Shown here: piece by piece, positions 57,898 to 64,000 of the stretch
How the letters are laid out: the number at the start of each line of letters is the position of its first letter
Numbering within the stretch: the stretch's first letter is position 1
Assembly: GCA_009914755.4 (NCBI GenBank)
Contig: CP068257.2
Coordinates: forward strand, 24,512,001-24,576,000
Length of the DNA: 64,000 nucleotides
Direction of reading: 5' to 3'
Origin: the human T2T-CHM13v2.0 reference genome, Homo sapiens
The notes under the pieces: generated by a model
Told to the model about the DNA's origin: nothing
The model's database searches: none
What the model saw: only the letters and a program-made list of their open reading frames with translations
Program-made: the position numbers and the translations under genes

Positions 57898-59431
57898 AAA
57901 CTTCCGTTTGCTTTTCTCTTGTTAATGTGTCTTCTGTTACAGGGGTCCATCTCAACTAAGAACTCTGAAAGTTAGAAAGAAAATTATTTTTCCTTCCCTA
58001 CAGTTTAAAATGAGAGTTAAAGGCATTTTCTTGTATTACACAGAAGAAGGAGAATGCTGTGATTTTTCTTGATTAATGTTGAGTATCGAAATGGATGTCT
58101 TTCTATAATGACTGGAGTCTAATTAGCTATCCTGATTTGAAGAAAGCAGGTTTTCAGAAACACAGTGTCATATGTTCCTCCTAAGTTCATTAAGTAACCA
58201 GTGATCTGCAATTTGGTATCCCAGATGGACCTACCCTCAGGAAGTGAATGTCCTGTGCAAAGGGCTATTTTTCAGATAAAGCTCCCAAGATATGGAATAG
58301 TGTTGTAGAAAAAAATTGGGTTCTTGTCATGCGACCAGGAAAATTTAGACATGCAGATGCATTGTAGGGTGAGTAGGGCAGGATTTATTAAGTGAAAAGA
58401 AAATGGGAAAGAGGAACTCTCAGCAAAGCGAGAGAGAGTCCTGCCAGCAGGTCTCTTGCCTCACAGATTGAATCCCAGGTCACCACCCAGGAACTGAAGA
58501 GGCCAGGCTCCTCCCCGCTGCAAAAGGTGCAGACTTCCCAAGGCTCCGCCCTCGTCCTCCCGGTGCATAGGTGGACATTATTCAGAATCAGTCGGGAAAG
58601 GGCGGGTTTCATCTGGGACCAGCAGTTTGGTTTTTCAGCCTTCAGGCTGTTTTATGCTTGGAGGTGGGGACCCTTTCGCCGGGGACCCATGGCTGGCTTC
58701 TGTCTCTATCAATAGCATATTTGAGTGCAGGGCTGAGGCAGCCTCTTGGAGGCTTATTATCATGTATCAAATTCTTACCCCAGAGAAAATCAGAGTTGTG
58801 ATTTGAAGCGTTATTAGGGTAATTGCATCTGAGATTTTGAATAATCATCAACAGTCACCTAATCTGCATCACTTATTTTATAAAAAGGCTAATAGACATT
58901 AATAATTTACCTAACATCAAATAGTTTGTGAACAGACAGGCTGGAACTCTTCAGACTGGAATTCAGTTCAATACTCTGCAATGGCATCATAGATAATATG
59001 CATTTGTCAATTTGCATAATCAATATTTTATTTTTGTACCATGCAGGATCATTGTTTAAGTACACAGTGATATACTTCCTGACCTTTAGAATTTTAAATC
59101 ACTGGGCTTAGTGAAATCCCCCAAACACATTTAAAAACTCATAGAAAGGCATATGAATGCAAGCATTTGGAGTGTTCTGAATACCAAAAGCCAAAACCAG
59201 TACAGGTAAATGACAAGCATCACTTAAAAAGAATGTCTGAACAGCTGGCTGAATAAATCAGCCAAAGTTGAAACACTCTTTTCACTTGTCTGTGAAATTT
59301 TTCTTCCTAGAAGTGAGGGAGTCCCTTGAGGGAAAGAGGATAACAGGTAAGCGTATTCACTGTTTGCCACTTCTAGAAATAAAATGCTGCGTATGTATTC
59401 ATATGTATGATATATAACACACAACTAAACT

Positions 59432-59726
59432 TTTTTTTTTTTGAGACAATGTCTCTCTTTGTTGCCCAGGCTGGAATGCACTGGTGTAATCACAGCTCAT
59501 GGCTCACAGCCCACCTCCTGGGCTCAAGGGATCCTCCCATCTCAGCCTTCCGAGTGGCTGGGACCATAGGTGCACACTACCATGCCTGGCTAATTTTAAA
59601 ATTTTTTATAGAGATAGGGTCCCATTACGTTGCCCGGGCTGGCCTTGAATTACTGGCCTCAAGCAATCCTCTGGCCTTGGCCTCCCAAAGTGCTGGGATT
59701 ACAGGTGTGAACCACTGCACCCAACC
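59432..59726 (-). mobile_element. Alu SINE (older)
   Basis: T12 + gagacaatgtctctctttgttgcccaggctggaatgcactggtgtaatcacagctcatggctcacagcccacctcc ... gggattacaggtgtgaaccactgcacccaacc. Confidence 0.88.
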
Positions 59727-59838
59727 ACAAGTAAACTTTTGAATCCAAGGAGACACATGGTGTGGGGTCCAGACTGCTGTGACCATCCTATGTCAGGACA
59801 AGTCTAGTGCTTCACTATCAAAGACATTTCTGAAACAT

Positions 59839-60176
59839 GGCCTGGGCTTGGTGGCTCACGCCTGTAATCCCAGCACTTTGGGAGGCCGAGGCAGGCAGAT
59901 CACCTGAGGTCCAGAGTTCGAGACCAGCTTGGCCAACATGGTGAAACCCTGTCTCTACTAAAAATACAAAAATTAGCCTGGCATGGTGACGACCTCCTGT
60001 AATCGCAGCTACTAGGGAGGCTGAGGCAGGGGAAACGCTTGGACCTGGGAGGTGGAGGTTGCGGTGAGCCAAGATTGCATCACTGCACTCCAGCCTGGGT
60101 GACACAATGAGATACTATCTTAACAAACAAACAAGCAAACAAACAAAAAATGAAAGAAAGAAAGAAAGAAAAAGAA
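59839..60176 (+). mobile_element. Alu SINE with a (CAAA)n/(GAAA)n tail; 12-bp TSD with 1 mismatch
   Basis: ggcctgggcttggtggctcacgcctgtaatcccagcactttgggaggccgaggcaggcagatcacctgaggtccagagttcgagaccagcttggcc ... gtgacacaatgagatactatcttaacaaacaaacaagcaaacaaacaaaaaatgaaagaaagaaagaaag. TSD atttctgaaaca (59826-59837) and atttctgaagca (60177-60188). Confidence 0.9.
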
Positions 60177-60829
60177 ATTTCTGAAGCAGAATAAAACACC
60201 AGCCACTGAAATTGGATTTAATATAAGTGCTTTGTGACTTTGGTTTATACTTTTGTTGCTAGGGACATGGAATTTTCATTTTTACCTCCAGCTTGGAACC
60301 AGCCATAAGCCAGTGTCTCCTCATGGCTAGCTAAGAGCATTTCCTAGTCTGTTTGGGAAGGAGATAGAACCTCATTTTCCTTTCTACATTCCCTATGAGG
60401 CACTCAAATTCCTTGAAATCATATTTCCCAGGAATCACAAATGAACCAATCTAAACTCTGTGGGGATGATAGACTTTCTTGAGGTCCTCTGGATTTCCTA
60501 GGTCCAAGGATTGGTATTTGTGGTAGTGGGTGATGCCCAAGGGTGAAGGAGAACTGTTACTATATTCAGAACCCTGAGAGTTCATTCTGTCCTTCACTTG
60601 AAGGAAAACTATCAACAGGTAACAGCACCCCTTAGACTTGCTCCTTCTTCTGTGGATGCCCTTTTCTGGCCATGGGCACTTGAAGGAAATGAATGAGAGA
60701 CCCAGGACATAGGCGCTGGGGAAGGAGTAGAGATTGATGTCAGCTCTTTCCTGGAAAGGTTAACAGAAACTACAGGGCATGATTTATTGAAATAATCTGG
60801 GTGAAAATGCTTGTATATGCTAATCTTAT

Positions 60830-61157
60830 TTTTTATTTTATTTTGTTTTATTTTTGAGACAGGCTCTCCCTCTGTCACCCAGGCTGGAATGCAGTGGCAT
60901 GATCTTGGCTCACTGCAGACTTCGCCTCCGAATTCATGTGATTCTCCCACCTCAGCCTCCTGAGTAGCTGGGATTACAGGTGCGTCCCACCACTTCTGGC
61001 TAATTTTTTTTTATTTTTTTATTATTATTTTTTTTTTAGTAGAGACAGGGTTTCACCATGTTGGTCAGGCTTGTCTGGATCTCCTGACCTCAGGTGATCC
61101 GCCCGCCTCGGCCTCCCAAAGTGCTGGGATTACAGGTGTGAGCCACCGTGCCTAGCC
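60830..61157 (-). mobile_element. Alu SINE with an expanded T-rich linker; 9-bp TSD
   Basis: tttttattttattttgttttatttttgagacaggctctccctctgtcacccaggctggaatgcagtggcatgatcttggctcactgcagacttcgcc ... gggattacaggtgtgagccaccgtgcctagcc. TSD taatcttat at 60821-60829 and 61158-61166. Confidence 0.9.
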
Positions 61158-61292
61158 TAATCTTATGTTTTAATTTCAAATATTATTTTTATAATTAATG
61201 TTCACATCCCTTATTTATTGAATGAAAACAATGCAATGGGTTAGATAAGTGCTAGAACTAATGCTCTATAATAAACTCTAAAAAACCCTAGC

Positions 61293-61593
61293 CGGCTGGG
61301 CGCAGTGGCTCATGCCTGTAATCCCAGCACTTTGGGAGGCCGAGGCGGGCGGATCACAAGGTCAGGAGATCGAGACCATCCTGGCTAACACAGTGAAACC
61401 CCATCTCTACTAAAAATACAAAAAATTAGCCGGGCATGGTGGCGGGTGCCTGTACTCCCAGCTACTCAGGAGGCTGAGGCAGGAGAATGGTGTGAACCCG
61501 GGAGACGGAGCTTGCAGTGAGCCGAGATTGAGCCACCTCACTCCAGCCTGGGTGACAGAGCGAGACTCCATCTCAAAAAAAAAAAAAAAAAAA
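61293..61593 (+). mobile_element. AluY-like SINE
   Basis: ggctgggcgcagtggctcatgcctgtaatcccagcactttgggaggccgaggcgggcggatcacaaggtcaggagatcgagaccatcctggctaacacagtgaaaccccatctctactaaaaatacaaaaaattagccgggcatggtggcgggtgcctgtactcccagctactcaggaggctgagg ... gcgagactccatctc + A19. Confidence 0.92.
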
Positions 61594-61802
61594 CACCCTT
61601 TCTTGGTGGAAAACGTCAAAACTATTTAAAGGGAGTGAGAATAGTATAACGAACCTGGGTATGCATCTAATCTAGCTCCAACAATTATACAATATCAGTT
61701 CACAGCCAATTTTATTTGATCTATATCTCTCTCTGTCCCTCCTCAAATTATTTCGAGGCAAATACCGGACATATTTACATTTACCTTTAATCTTTTCTTT
61801 TC

Positions 61803-61968
61803 TTTTTTTTTTTTTTAGATACAGGGTCTCACTCTGTTGCCCAGGCTGGAGAACAGTGGCACGATCATGCGTTATTCACTGCAGACTTGAACTCCTGGCC
61901 TCAAGCAATCTTTCTACCTTGACCTCCCAAAGTGCTGGGATTACAGGTGTGAGCCACTGTGTTTAGCC
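61803..61968 (-). mobile_element. Alu fragment with an internal deletion
   Basis: T-run + agatacagggtctcactctgttgcccaggctggagaacagtggcacgatcatgcgttattcactgcagacttgaactcctggcctcaagcaatc...cctcccaaagtgctgggattacaggtgtgagccactgtgtttagcc. Confidence 0.8.
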
Positions 61969-63187
61969 TAGACTTACCTTTAATAGCTTTTGATAAGTTA
62001 TTTTTTAATGTAATTTTGATAAAATAATTGTACCTAAAATGTACTAATGTGTTGGTATTGTCTACTATCCAATCTACGAACAAATTTTACTGATTCATTC
62101 GTAACTGACCCCAGAGTTGGTTTGTTTGAATCACTGTAACTGAGCCTCTATTATAAAGATCATACGATGTTTGTTTTACCTACTTTCCCTTTCCCCTTGT
62201 CCTTTTCTTGCTCTATGCGTGCTTGCTTGCATGTCATTATTTCAGTAGAGGGTAGTCACTAATAATTGATTAACTTCATATCCTAACCTACAGGGGTGCC
62301 TGGCAGATTGATGAACTTGTTTTTCTTTTAAAGAACCATGATCCTTAGGTTATGCAGACCTCCTTGATGGTGTCCAGAAATTTGGGTAGAGGGATGCCAA
62401 CAGCTTTGATCACTGGGGGAGTTTCATCTCCCATATACCCACCTTACTCATACAAGTCCCCAGTTAAATTCAAAGGCAGGGCAGATTTGAGAGACTGTCT
62501 CTCCTGCCCTCTTGCTTTGGTCAAATTGAATAAACCTTTCTCTGTTCCTGAGTGCTGATGTGTCAGTGTTTGGCTTACCATGCATCAGGTGCACAGACCT
62601 AAATTTGGAGATTCTGTAACATCAAGACCCATATGACGTTCACATACTGGATTAGGCTGATGACTCATATATCTCTCTTTTAATGTGTGACCATTTACAT
62701 CTCTTTCTCTCTCTCCTCCCTTTTTTTTTTTTTTTTTGGCAATTTCTTTGTTATTAATGGTCTTGTTTTAAAGTGAAGTATTGTCATTTAAGTTTATATA
62801 TCAATGTTATCATTATTTGTTTATTTACAACAAAGTTTTATGCCAAGGCAGTCATGCCATTACCCACCTGACCTGCTTTTCCACCATCAGTTTTACCTGT
62901 GTGTGTCCCTGGATCATCAGGAAGCATTGATTGAGAATCTTTTTCTCTTAATCTGCCTTACTATTTTCTAATGTAGTTACTGATCAAACTTAGCAGTAAC
63001 CCACTCATTTTGTGTGTAGGCAAAAGCAACTATGAATAAACAGAAGAAGTCTCCCACAGTGGGTAAATGTGTGGACCTGGGTTTGAAACCTGATGAAACT
63101 TGCTGGCTGTGACCCCTTGGGCCAGGGATTAACTGCTGTCACTCTTAGTTCCCTCAACCCTCAGGTGCATGTGATTATATTCACTGC

Positions 63188-63554
63188 CTGATATGGTTTG
63201 GCTCTGTGTCCCCACCCAACTCTCATCTTGTAGCTCCCATAATTCCCACGTGTTGTGGGAGGGACCCGGTGGGAGGTGATGGAATCATGGGGGTGGGTCT
63301 TTCCTGTGCTGTTCTTGTGATAGTGAATGTGTCTCATGAGATCTGATGGTTTTAAAAACGGGAGTCCTCCTGCACAAGTTCTCTCTTTGCCTGCTGCCAT
63401 CCACATAAGATGTAACTTCCTCCTCCTTTCCTTCTGCTGTGATTGTGTATCCTCCCCAGCCACAGGGAACTGTAAGTTCAATAAACTTCTTTCTTTTGTA
63501 AATTGCCCAGTCTCAGGTATATCTTTATCAGCAGCATGAGAACAGATCAATACA
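63188..63554 (+). mobile_element. THE1 (MaLR) LTR, plus orientation; 5' LTR of the element continuing below
   Basis: tgatatggtttggctctgtgtccccacccaactctcatcttgtagctcccataattcccacgtgttgtgggagggacccggtgggaggtgatggaatcatgggggtgggtctttcctgtgctgttcttgtgatagtgaatgtgtctcatgagatctgatggttttaaaaacgggagtcctcctgcacaag...ccagtctcaggtatatctttatcagcagcatgagaacagatcaataca matches the THE1 LTR consensus as I recall it. Confidence 0.85.
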
Positions 63555-64000
63555 GTAATTTGGTAGCAGGTAGTGGGGTGCTACTCTAAAGATACCTGAA
63601 AATGTGGAAGTGATTTTGGAACTGGGTAACAGGCAGAGGTTGGAACAGTTTGGAGGGCTCAGAAGACAGGAAAATGTGGAAAGTTTGAAACTCCCTAGAG
63701 AGTTGTTGAATGACTTTGACCAAAATGGTGATAATGATATGGACAATGAAATCCAGGCTGAGGTGGTCTCAGATGGGGATGAGGAACTTTTTGGGAAGTA
63801 GAGCAAAGGTTATGTCTTGTTATGTGTTAGCAAAGAGACTGGTGGGATTTTGCCCCTGACCTAGAGATTTGTGGAACCTTGAGCTTGAGAGAGATCATTT
63901 AGGGTATCTGGCAGAAGAAATTTCTAAGCAGCAAAGCATTCAAGAGGTAACTTGGGTGCTGTTAAAGGCATTTAGTTTTATAAGGGAAGCAGGGCATGAA
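63555..64000 (+). mobile_element. THE1/MaLR internal region (5' part), continuing past the window end
   Basis: gtaatttggtagcaggtagtggggtgctactctaaagatacctgaaaatgtggaagtgattttggaactgggtaacaggcagaggttggaacagtttggagggctcagaagacaggaaaatgtggaaag... matches THE1-int. The encoded peptide MEVILELGNRQRLEQFGG...DMDNEIQAEV is homologous to the peptide from 31410..31625(-). Confidence 0.8.

Overview
This window is human (primate) genomic DNA, not a prokaryotic or phage locus. It holds roughly 45 Alu SINEs, L1 fragments, ERVL/MaLR LTR elements and MIR fragments. It has no operon structure, no CRISPR array and no long trustworthy ORF. The only gene I can positively identify is the 5' end of APP (amyloid-beta precursor protein, chr21q21.3), transcribed on the minus strand. 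Exon 1 lies at about 16695..16898. It comprises the classical 147-nt 5'UTR plus codons 1-19 (MLPGLALLLLAAWTARALE) of the signal peptide, and ends at a GTGGGT splice donor. Positions 1..16694 are the first ~16.7 kb of APP intron 1. Positions above ~16900 are the TATA-less, CpG-island APP promoter followed by ~47 kb of repeat-rich upstream intergenic DNA. The CpG island (~15480..17300) spans the promoter, exon 1 and the start of intron 1, and it accounts for the dense cluster of overlapping Pro/Arg/Gly-rich ORFs in the six-frame track, which I regard as spurious. Nearly every other ORF in the track is a translation of Alu, L1 or THE1/MaLR repeat sequence. Other notable structures are: a full-length THE1-class MaLR element (LTR-internal-LTR) with an Alu inserted in one LTR; a second THE1 copy running off the window end; a U6 snRNA retropseudogene nested inside an Alu that is itself nested in another Alu; several young Alus and an L1 3' fragment with perfect target-site duplications; a closely spaced inverted Alu pair; and compound microsatellites. 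I found no evidence of a novel or undescribed biological system; the interesting content is the well-studied APP promoter and exon 1, plus repeat architecture. All coordinates are hand-counted and may be off by a few bases.
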